DNA of 63,236 nt from a virus, in IMG/VR virus record IMGVR_UViG_3300045988_160579; one strand, given 5' to 3'. Positions 1-7,193 of the stretch are shown in pieces. The translations under genes were made by a program, and so were the position numbers. How positions within the stretch are numbered: the first letter of the stretch is position 1; each line of letters starts with the position of its first letter. The notes below the pieces were generated by a model. That model was not told the origin of the DNA, ran no database searches, and worked only from the letters and a program-made list of their open reading frames with translations.

Positions 1-23
1 GTCTAGTTTAGTTTTTGTGTTGA
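1..23. repeat. 23-bp terminal direct repeat, left copy (att core, or overlap of a circular genome)
   Basis: gtctagtttagtttttgtgttga at 1..23 is identical to 63214..63236. The integrase gene lies ~250 nt inside. Confidence 0.85.
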
Positions 24-60
24 TCGGAAGCCTGCGAGCGAGCATGAGCTTCCGATTTTT
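23..60 (+). terminator. hairpin plus T-run just inside the left repeat
   Basis: atcggaagc (23-31) pairs with gcttccgat (48-56), followed by tttt. Confidence 0.45.
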
Positions 61-65
61 ATTTT

Positions 66-82
66 ATTGATATACAGCATAT
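66..82 (+). promoter_or_regulatory. att-flanking repeat ATTGATATACAG(C/A)ATAT, left copy
   Basis: attgatatacag (66-77) is repeated exactly at 63175-63186. Both copies have the same orientation, one on each side of the 23-bp core. Confidence 0.4.
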
Positions 83-162
83 TAAAAGCACAATCGAACT
101 ATTTTTCCTATCAATTAGTAGTCTATAATAGAGAGCAAAAACGTCACTTTTGACGCTATAAA

Positions 163-248
163 ATGGTCGGATTATGGTCGGAAAATTCCCGGATTAGAAT
201 CTGATTATAAGTAAATTACAATAGGATGTTAAAAAAATAATGGTCGAA
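163..248 (+). promoter_or_regulatory. three direct ATGGTCGRA repeats, candidate integrase arm-type sites (left arm)
   Basis: atggtcgga at 163-171 and 174-182 (11-bp phasing); atggtcgaa at 240-248. Confidence 0.45.
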
Positions 249-278
249 AACGCCATTTTTACCCTAAAAACACAAATT

Positions 279-1463
279 ATGGCTACATTAACATTGGTAA
301 TAGTTCCCGCAAAAAGGTTATCAGACGGGACACACAAAATAAGAATTCGAGTCGCACACAACTCTGAAACGAGATTCATCACCACGGATATAGTGGTAAG
401 GGAAAACGAGTTTAAGAACGGTAAAATAGTACACCGTCCAGACAAGGATTTTCTCAATACAAAATTACAACAGCTATACAACCTTTATTTCAAGCGATAC
501 ATGGAACTGGACTACCCTGATTCGCTCACGTGCACGCAATTAGTCAAAATGATAACTAACCCGTTAAACGGAGAAAAGCATCGTAAGTTCGAGGATATCG
601 TGGATGAATATCTGTCCCAAATAGATGAAGAAGAACGTACCAAGACATACAAGCTCTATCGGCTGGCCACAAACAAGTTTATGCAATTCATCGGGAACGG
701 TTCTCTCATGGAACATATTACCCCTATCAGAATGAACCAGTACATATCATGGCTCAAAAAGACAAAGCTGTCAAGCACCACAATCAACATCTACATAACC
801 CTGTTAAAGGTTATCATTAACTATGCTATAAAGATGAGATACGTCACCTACGATATCGACCCTTTCATCACAGCCAGAATTCCATCAGCCCAAAAGAGGG
901 AAACGCAAATCACCGTCGAAGAACTCAAGACAATCAGGGACGCCAATTTAGAGCATTACAATCTCAACGTCACACGGGACATTTTCATGCTTACTTATTA
1001 TCTTGCCGGCATGAACCTAGTAGACATACTAGCATACGATTTCCGGACGGATGAAATAAACTACATCCGAAAAAAGACCAAAAACACCAAAGAGGGGGAC
1101 TCCCTGATTTCCTTTTCCATTCCCGAAGAAGCAAAGCCCATTATAAAAAAGTATATGAAAAAGAATACAGGGAAAATTATATTCGGGAAATACAAGAACT
1201 ATACCTCCTGCTATAACCTGCTGGCTAGGAAAATCAGTCAATTAGGCAAGGTGGCAGGAATCAGGCATAAATTCACCCTATATTCAGCCCGCAAATCTTT
1301 CGTCCAACATGGATATGACCTGGGAATTCCTCTTAGTACACTGGAATACTGTATCGGGCAGTCAATGAAAGAAGATAGACCAATCTTCAACTATGTCACA
1401 ATAATGAGAAAACACGCTGATAAAGCAATCAGGGAAATACTTGACAACTTGAAAAATGAATAA
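279..1463 (+). CDS. int: tyrosine recombinase / phage integrase
   Basis: ORF 240..1463; likely start is ATG 279 (MATLTLVIV...). N-terminal arm-binding-like region, SAM-like core (INIYITLLKVIINYA) and C-terminal catalytic region (LYSARKSFVQHG ... NYV). Adjacent to the att repeat. Confidence 0.85.
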   Translation: MATLTLVIVPAKRLSDGTHKIRIRVAHNSETRFITTDIVVRENEFKNGKIVHRPDKDFLNTKLQQLYNLYFKRYMELDYPDSLTCTQLVKMITNPLNGEKHRKFEDIVDEYLSQIDEEERTKTYKLYRLATNKFMQFIGNGSLMEHITPIRMNQYISWLKKTKLSSTTINIYITLLKVIINYAIKMRYVTYDIDPFITARIPSAQKRETQITVEELKTIRDANLEHYNLNVTRDIFMLTYYLAGMNLVDILAYDFRTDEINYIRKKTKNTKEGDSLISFSIPEEAKPIIKKYMKKNTGKIIFGKYKNYTSCYNLLARKISQLGKVAGIRHKFTLYSARKSFVQHGYDLGIPLSTLEYCIGQSMKEDRPIFNYVTIMRKHADKAIREILDNLKNE

Positions 1464-1489
1464 TCACATATAAAATAAATCACTAAGAA

Positions 1490-1521
1490 TTTGCATAATA
1501 ACCAAATGCTTATTATCTTTG
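1490..1521 (+). promoter_or_regulatory. Bacteroides-type promoter
   Basis: TTTG (1490-1493), N20, TATCTTTG (1514-1521). Confidence 0.55.
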
Positions 1522-1560
1522 TAGTGTCAAATAAGAGTTCTTAATTTTAATGTTTAACTG

Positions 1561-1731
1561 ATGAAAGATGAAGAAAAAAAAGAATTAGAACAAGAGTATG
1601 AGAATTTAAAACTTCTCGCTTCATTTCACGAGGCCTATGGGGTTCCTGAAAATGCCAAAGAACGGGAAGCGCTTATAAATGACATACTCGATCGGATGAA
1701 CGAAATCCAAGAGAAATTAAAAAAGTTGTAA
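1561..1731 (+). CDS. small hypothetical protein (56 aa, coiled-coil)
   Basis: ATG..TAA ORF below the track cutoff (MKDEEKKELEQEYENLK...EKLKKL). Starts 40 nt after the promoter and is followed by the tccctccc-ttcg-gggaggga hairpin at 1738..1757. Confidence 0.4.
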   Translation: MKDEEKKELEQEYENLKLLASFHEAYGVPENAKEREALINDILDRMNEIQEKLKKL

Positions 1732-1772
1732 TTAACATCCCTCCCTTCGGGGAGGGACAAACATTAAAAGCT

Positions 1773-2222
1773 ATGATAGATTGGAATGATTGCCTGCCAA
1801 CAAAAGAAATGCAGGCTGACTTTGAAAGATTCAAAGAACTAAAAACCACAGAAGAAAAAGAAGCTTTCAAAAAGGAAATGCAGGATAAATATAATAAACT
1901 ACCGGAAGCCCAAAAGGAAGCCTACAAAAAAGCATCTGAAGCTGGGCTAAAAGCAACGGTAAATGCCTGCAATGATTATATAGAAAGAGCGGAAGAAGCC
2001 ATATTACGTGATAAACTTGGAGAATTGCCCGAAGCAATCTCATTCAGTTATATTGCAAAGAAATATTTTGGTAAAAGTAGAAACTGGCTATATCAGCGTA
2101 TTAACGGGAATATAGTCAACGGGAAAAAGGCTCGCTTTACTGACAATGAACTCAAAACGTTCCTGAACGCTTTGAACGATGTTAGCGAAATGATTCATCA
2201 GACATCATTAAAAATCAGTTAA
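1773..2222 (+). CDS. hypothetical protein, DUF5053-like putative DNA-binding C-terminus
   Basis: 149 aa. ...SFSYIAKKYFGKSRNWLYQRINGNIVNGKKARFTDNELKTF resembles a Bacteroides-specific family. A strong terminator follows. Confidence 0.5.
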   Translation: MIDWNDCLPTKEMQADFERFKELKTTEEKEAFKKEMQDKYNKLPEAQKEAYKKASEAGLKATVNACNDYIERAEEAILRDKLGELPEAISFSYIAKKYFGKSRNWLYQRINGNIVNGKKARFTDNELKTFLNALNDVSEMIHQTSLKIS

Positions 2223-2238
2223 GCTCTTATTTGACACC

Positions 2239-2272
2239 ATCCCTGCATTGAGCCGATGCAGGGATTTTTATT
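2239..2272 (+). terminator. rho-independent terminator
   Basis: atccctgcat (2239-2248) pairs with atgcagggat (2256-2265), followed by ttttatt. Confidence 0.75.
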
Positions 2273-2300
2273 GTCTAATCGAAAAATAATTGTATCTTTG
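2271..2300 (+). promoter_or_regulatory. Bacteroides-type promoter
   Basis: TTG (2271-2273), N19, TATCTTTG (2293-2300). Confidence 0.45.
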
Positions 2301-2304
2301 CAAC

Positions 2305-2378
2305 ATCAAGATAATACGGACATAATTCGGATTATTTTGGTTTGACTTTGGTGAGGGGGTGGTTCCCCTCACTTTTTT
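2305..2378 (+). ncRNA. candidate ~70-nt small RNA (promoter to terminator, no ORF)
   Basis: Lies between the TATCTTTG box and the terminator gtgagggg(2351-2358)/cccctcac(2365-2372)+tttttt. Contains GGTTTGACTTT (2339-2349), the complement of the early-operon 5'-UTR box. Confidence 0.35.
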
Positions 2379-2394
2379 ATTTCTACCGAACATT

Positions 2395-3507
2395 CTATAG
2401 TATATTATTTTCTGAAAGAATCACATTGTACAATTTTTCCAACAAATCACTAGACATATATTCGTTTTTGTTTGCCTTTTGAAACAAGACTGGTGGAAAA
2501 TGTATATATTCCATTCGGCGGGATACAGATTCATCATTTATCCCCTCTTTCAATCGCACATCTTTCAACTCAAGGTTATTGAACAAATCGGCATTCAAGT
2601 ATAACCTTCGTGTCTCAATTGTTGATAATGAACTAAATGAGTTAAAAAACAACAACACAAGTTCATACTTTGACAGTTGCGCTCGAAATATATTCGAATA
2701 TTTTAGGGGCGAAGTGAATTCCGAAGTCATTTCCAAAATATAATAAGCATTCCTAAAATATGTGCCAAGTTGATTTTTATATGGGGCAAAACAATGATCA
2801 GCGGCTTTAGCACAAGCTTCAGCTATGGGCTTGAAATTATTCTGTTCAAAATAGATCTTAATCGCATTTAAACAGAGGTAATCATAAGTGTTTATATGTA
2901 CAGGATAAATATTAATCTTTCCTTTATGTATTCCAAATTCATGCTCTGAATAAATGTTGTTAATGGCAGCATTCAATTGACCATATATAAACATCCATTG
3001 CTCTTTAGACATATTTTTGGGAATAACCCTCCTTACAAATTCCTCTTTGGAAAAATTTTCAGGAATACCTCTTCTTATTTCCAAATAGAAAATATGGTAT
3101 AACTCTACATAAATCTGTCGATAAGTTTTATCTGGTGTACAAAACTCATTGTAAGGAGTTATTTTCCATTCACATTGTTTTTCATCATATACCCAATCTA
3201 TTCTTTTCACTTGCAAGGCATCCCGATATGAAATAAAAATCCTAAGCAACTCAAAAAAGACAGCTCTATCCTCGCTATTCAAGAATTGCTGTTTATTCTG
3301 TCTTAATGTAAATAAAACTCCGACGAATGCTATTAATCCTGCAATCGCTCCTAATAGACTTCCAAACTCACCCCAGTCGGTCTGTTTATCCGCAAACTTA
3401 CCTTTGGTCTGAATAAAATAGAAAGCTAAAATGACTATTATAATTAATATGAGGATGACAGTTCCCCAAACGAGCCAACCTTTTACATTTCTTTTCATTC
3501 TTATCAT
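2395..3507 (-). CDS. membrane protein, AbiC-like putative abortive-infection protein
   Basis: 370 aa. Two N-terminal TM helices followed by LRQNKQQF...AVFFELLRIF, the pattern I associate with the putative AbiC family. Isolated gene with AT-rich flanks. Confidence 0.45.
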   Translation of the reverse strand: MIRMKRNVKGWLVWGTVILILIIIVILAFYFIQTKGKFADKQTDWGEFGSLLGAIAGLIAFVGVLFTLRQNKQQFLNSEDRAVFFELLRIFISYRDALQVKRIDWVYDEKQCEWKITPYNEFCTPDKTYRQIYVELYHIFYLEIRRGIPENFSKEEFVRRVIPKNMSKEQWMFIYGQLNAAINNIYSEHEFGIHKGKINIYPVHINTYDYLCLNAIKIYFEQNNFKPIAEACAKAADHCFAPYKNQLGTYFRNAYYILEMTSEFTSPLKYSNIFRAQLSKYELVLLFFNSFSSLSTIETRRLYLNADLFNNLELKDVRLKEGINDESVSRRMEYIHFPPVLFQKANKNEYMSSDLLEKLYNVILSENNIL

Positions 3508-3802
3508 AAATCAAAATCTAATAAGTTTTAAAACAATATTATCAATTCAAATATAATCATGATTTTGATAAATAAAAAATATTTCCAGAAATAATAGATT
3601 CCAAAGGTACTAAAGTTTGTTCTTATTTATCACAGCAAACAATATAATATAAGTGCTCACCAATTATAGCTATACTTGACTTAAAAGAAAAGTGCTCACT
3701 TTTTTATATCCTTACCGAACTTTTCAATTATATATTAGTACTATCTTATGTAACCCTTCTGGAGAGTTTGTTGATTCATGTGTTGTTGATTAGAAGGATT
3801 AC

Positions 3803-3846
3803 AAAATAAAAGAGGTAGCCAAATTGTGGCTACCTCTCATTTTTTC
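3803..3846. terminator. bidirectional hairpin terminator
   Basis: agaggtagcc (3811-3820) pairs with ggctacctct (3828-3837). A-run before and T-run after. Confidence 0.6.
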
Positions 3847-3864
3847 TTGTACAATAATGAATTA

Positions 3865-4389
3865 TTAATCAGTTTCTAAAATAACCGCATCTATTAATTT
3901 TTGCATATCTTCGATAAGATACAGAGGAACACAAACTATAATATCTTTCACACCAATGTATTGGGCCATTATAGCTCGATGTCTTCCTTCTTTTATGATG
4001 AGATCGTCTTGTTTCATCTCCAAAATAGGAGGATCAACATATTCTTTATTAAGCCATCTGTTTATAGTTCTGGCAAAACGAGATTCTTCAGGCCAATATC
4101 CATCAAATGTTTTGTTAAAAACCACATCATCCAAATTACTTGAATGTTCTATCAACTTTTCAAGATTACATCGCATAAAAACACAATTTGAACCAGGATA
4201 TGCAGGATGATAAATTGGCCCTTGCATTTTTTCAATATTAGTTGTCCAAACAGGAACTATGTTTTTAAGTTCCTCATCACTCATTTCTCGACATTTATTC
4301 CTTAATAAAATATCTTCTTCATCTAAATCTTCATCATCATTTTTTTTCCAATCTTCCATAGTTATCACATTAGTTATAAAAAATAGCAA
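3865..4389 (-). CDS. ParB/sulfiredoxin-fold nuclease-like protein
   Basis: 174 aa. C-terminal IIKEGRHRAIMAQYIG matches the (D/E)GxHR ParB N-domain motif. Acidic N-terminus. Confidence 0.45.
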   Translation of the reverse strand: MLFFITNVITMEDWKKNDDEDLDEEDILLRNKCREMSDEELKNIVPVWTTNIEKMQGPIYHPAYPGSNCVFMRCNLEKLIEHSSNLDDVVFNKTFDGYWPEESRFARTINRWLNKEYVDPPILEMKQDDLIIKEGRHRAIMAQYIGVKDIIVCVPLYLIEDMQKLIDAVILETD

Positions 4390-4423
4390 TATTATGCTAT
4401 GTTACAAAATACAACTACAAATT

Positions 4424-4452
4424 TAGAAAGCCCCGTATCCTTGAACGGGGCT
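4424..4452 (-). terminator. hairpin terminator after the 63-aa ORF
   Basis: agccccg (4429-4435) pairs with cggggct (4446-4452). T-rich tail on the minus strand. Confidence 0.45.
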
Positions 4453-4461
4453 AAATTCTAA

Positions 4462-4653
4462 CTAATCATTTTCAGCTAATTTCCGAATAGCTTTTAGTCT
4501 TTCTTTTATAGCTAAAATTCTTTGTTTATCATCCGAAGAAGATAAGGATTTTAGCTCATCTTTAAGTAAATCGGCTTGTTGCCTTTCAAGTTCCCGAGCA
4601 TCTTCCTGACTTATCGCTCCAAAGCCAGTAATTCTACAATTGTCATGTTCCAT
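4462..4653 (-). CDS. hypothetical protein (63 aa)
   Basis: ORF track. Bracketed by terminator-like hairpins on both sides. Confidence 0.4.
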   Translation of the reverse strand: MEHDNCRITGFGAISQEDARELERQQADLLKDELKSLSSSDDKQRILAIKERLKAIRKLAEND

Positions 4654-4691
4654 ACAAATAATTATTTAAGTTAAACATTTGTATTCCGAGC

Positions 4692-4730
4692 AAAAAAATA
4701 TGCCGGAACACATTTTCTTTGTATTCCGGC
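4692..4730 (-). terminator. terminator of the lysis cassette
   Basis: gccggaa (4702-4708) pairs with ttccggc (4724-4730). On the minus strand a T-run follows (plus-strand aaaaaaa at 4692-4698). Confidence 0.5.
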
Positions 4731-4822
4731 ACGAAGGCACTTGTTTATACAGTTGCAAATATATATATTATTTCTCAAATATTGTATTTTTAACCATATA
4801 TTTTTAATCAAGAATTGTATTC

Positions 4823-5341
4823 TCAACAAAATGGCTTCTTTCTTAATCCATACGCTAGCCAACAGATAATAATCAAAATAATTACTCCTATATAAACTTT
4901 ATCTTTATGTAAATCCCACCAAGATAACTCGACTACCTTCTCTCTTTGATTTAGTAAAGCATTCACCTTGTTACTTATAGTATCAAGTCGATTCGAGAAC
5001 TGCTGCAAAGTAATGGATAATGTTTCATCAACTTCACTCCGTTCTTGCTCCTGTTTGGAAGCGGTGGTAGTACTTTCTTTGACTAGATACTGTTTTCCGG
5101 TTGAATCCGGAAGCGACAAGTAAACTGTTTTATTCTCAATTTTCAGATCACTCAACTTGTCAGTAGTAACTTTCGTTTGCTTATTCACATCCAGCTGTAA
5201 TGATTCAATTAAGTTTCGCAAATACAAAAAATCCCCTGAATAGTCAATCTGCTTTTGTGACTCAATGTTATGAGAAGTTTTGCAGGAAGTAAACCATATT
5301 CCTGACATCAGGAACATGGTTATATAGATTAGCATTTTCAT
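4823..5341 (-). CDS. candidate unimolecular spanin (lipoprotein with C-terminal TM anchor)
   Basis: 172 aa. Signal plus lipobox MKMLIYITMFLMSGIWFTSC, coiled-coil middle, C-terminal TM VYIGVIILIIICWLAYGL. 4-nt overlap with the amidase gene. Confidence 0.5.
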   Translation of the reverse strand: MKMLIYITMFLMSGIWFTSCKTSHNIESQKQIDYSGDFLYLRNLIESLQLDVNKQTKVTTDKLSDLKIENKTVYLSLPDSTGKQYLVKESTTTASKQEQERSEVDETLSITLQQFSNRLDTISNKVNALLNQREKVVELSWWDLHKDKVYIGVIILIIICWLAYGLRKKPFC

Positions 5342-5916
5342 ACTTTCAGATATTTACAAATACCTTTCACATGAAGAGAGACAATAGTCCGTTTCCCCTC
5401 CTCTGACAGCAGGAAATCCACATCTTCTTTGTTATCCTGAAACAGATTCTCCGTCAGAACAGCCGGACACTTCGTATGTTTCAAGATATAAAAACTACTC
5501 TCCTTATCTGGATCACCGTCTGCCATATCCTTCCGTATTTTCATTCCAAACAAACATTCTTCAGCAGTAGCATACAGACAGTCAGCCAGCTTATCGGCTT
5601 TTGTCTGTCCCACACTGGTCCATGCTTCCCAACCACGTGCTTGCATCCAATTTGAACCATTACCGGCTGCATTGCAATGGATAGAAATAAGAATTGCTTC
5701 AGAAGTTTTATATTCATTCACTCGCCTACAACGTTCTGACAAAGGAACATCTATTTCCTCTTTCACGACCAATTCCGCATCAATACCTAATTTACGCAAT
5801 TCAAATACTACACGCCCAGCAATTTCACGGGTATAGGAGTATTCCCTTAACCTGCCATCTGGAGAACACTTACCCGGAGTATTACTACCGTGACCGTTAT
5901 CAATCAATATTTTCAT
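5338..5916 (-). CDS. N-acetylmuramoyl-L-alanine amidase (endolysin)
   Basis: 192 aa. Amidase_3-like motifs: IDNGHGSNTPGK, ILISIHCNAAGNG, VLTENLFQDN. Confidence 0.85.
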   Translation of the reverse strand: MKILIDNGHGSNTPGKCSPDGRLREYSYTREIAGRVVFELRKLGIDAELVVKEEIDVPLSERCRRVNEYKTSEAILISIHCNAAGNGSNWMQARGWEAWTSVGQTKADKLADCLYATAEECLFGMKIRKDMADGDPDKESSFYILKHTKCPAVLTENLFQDNKEDVDFLLSEEGKRTIVSLHVKGICKYLKV

Positions 5917-6427
5917 ATCTTTCCTCTTTATCTAGTTCGTTTTCGATTCTATCAATAATTCCTTGTACATGTGTAGGCGTAGCCCGCTTAAATTCAAAAC
6001 GTATTACATGGTAAATTATACGAAACCCTTTGTTTCTAGGATAAGCAATAATCAGATTCTTAAATGCGTTCTGAAGATATACATAAGAAAATACATACGT
6101 AATAGTCTTAATAACTAACAATGAGTTCTCACCATCTCCTATCAAGCTCATAAAGGAGAAGACTACTTCAATGATTATAAGATAGAGGAGAAGTTCGACC
6201 AAGGCATTTTTAAACTTATCCCACTTAAAGTTTTTACAACGTATAATTGAAACACCATCAGCCCTCATTCCGCACCAAATATTAAATCCAAACATTACAA
6301 CTAATGCTATAAGAAAACCTTTAGTCGGCGTTAAATAAGCAAGAAGAGAACTGAACATCGAAACGAAAATAATTCGTATCTGGTCTACATTAAATAACTC
6401 ATATAACCATCTCATAATATTAATCAT
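5900..6427 (-). CDS. holin-like multi-pass membrane protein
   Basis: 175 aa with several hydrophobic helices. Overlaps the amidase start and the upstream membrane-protein stop. Confidence 0.5.
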   Translation of the reverse strand: MINIMRWLYELFNVDQIRIIFVSMFSSLLAYLTPTKGFLIALVVMFGFNIWCGMRADGVSIIRCKNFKWDKFKNALVELLLYLIIIEVVFSFMSLIGDGENSLLVIKTITYVFSYVYLQNAFKNLIIAYPRNKGFRIIYHVIRFEFKRATPTHVQGIIDRIENELDKEERYENID

Positions 6428-6717
6428 AAAGTTACTACCAATATTGAAAACACAGTAATCAGCCCAGGAAGCAAAACAGTAGCTAATGCGTCAAGCCAAT
6501 CAAAGATGAACCCGCACTTTTTCTGAATGTACTCAACCACTATTGCGGCAATGGCGGTTGTCGTTAAAGAAACAATAGCAGATTTACAGAAATCAATGCC
6601 TAATAGAAGGAAACAGAAAACAAGCATTACAACAAAGACGAACATCCCGGCTTTGACGTGTGCCGGTCGGTTAGATTGCAAAAGCCAATCATACAATACT
6701 TTTATACCCATACTCAT
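6424..6717 (-). CDS. holin/antiholin-like small membrane protein
   Basis: 97 aa with three hydrophobic segments. First gene of the lysis cassette, with an ATGA-type overlap. Confidence 0.5.
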   Translation of the reverse strand: MSMGIKVLYDWLLQSNRPAHVKAGMFVFVVMLVFCFLLLGIDFCKSAIVSLTTTAIAAIVVEYIQKKCGFIFDWLDALATVLLPGLITVFSILVVTL

Positions 6718-6861
6718 AGCGTTTAATTATTAATAAAATATTCTGTATGGAACAAATGTATTGAGTATAATAACGAGTTTTACAAAAATGGAAAATCTTG
6801 GAAATCAATTCTATGATAAATATCTATAAAACAAGACATTATAATTTTCACTTTTTCCATA

Positions 6862-6891
6862 AATAAAAAAGGGATGCTTGATAAGCACCCC
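6862..6891 (-). terminator. rho-independent terminator ending the fibre/DGR operon
   Basis: gggatgctt (6871-6879) pairs with aagcacccc (6883-6891), one mismatch. The T-run on the minus strand is plus-strand aaaaaa at 6865-6870. Confidence 0.6.
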
Positions 6892-6914
6892 TAAACAACC
6901 AACAGATTGAACTA

Positions 6915-7193
6915 TTAATCCGTAAACATATACACGGAAAGATCAACCTTTTCTATTTCGTCTGAAATTGTATCTCCATACATTGTTAGACACACCCGAT
7001 AACGGTCAATACTTCTTTGAATCTGTTGCAAGGTAGGTTTCTCGGGATATTCCGAACTGGCAAAAGTTACCAGTTCTTCACCATTCTCACTGGTACCAAC
7101 CACCCGGAAGTGATGACGTACAATCCAAGTTCCGTCCGGCTGTTGCTCGATAGGCTTAGCAATCCCACGCGGTAAGATATTTTTTTGATCCAT
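6915..7193 (-). CDS. hypothetical protein (92 aa) overlapping the RT 3' end
   Basis: ORF track. Overlaps the RT ORF by 38 nt. Confidence 0.45.
   Translation of the reverse strand: MDQKNILPRGIAKPIEQQPDGTWIVRHHFRVVGTSENGEELVTFASSEYPEKPTLQQIQRSIDRYRVCLTMYGDTISDEIEKVDLSVYMFTD

Noticed and set aside
4678-4732. Three-segment alternative pairing (gtattccg / ccggaaca / gtattccgg) suggesting an attenuator between the lysis cassette and the 63-aa ORF.
   Set aside because: The segment 2-3 hairpin followed by a T-run on the minus strand is fully explained as an ordinary terminator of the lysis operon. The segment 1-2 pairing is weaker (7 of 8) and I saw no leader peptide.
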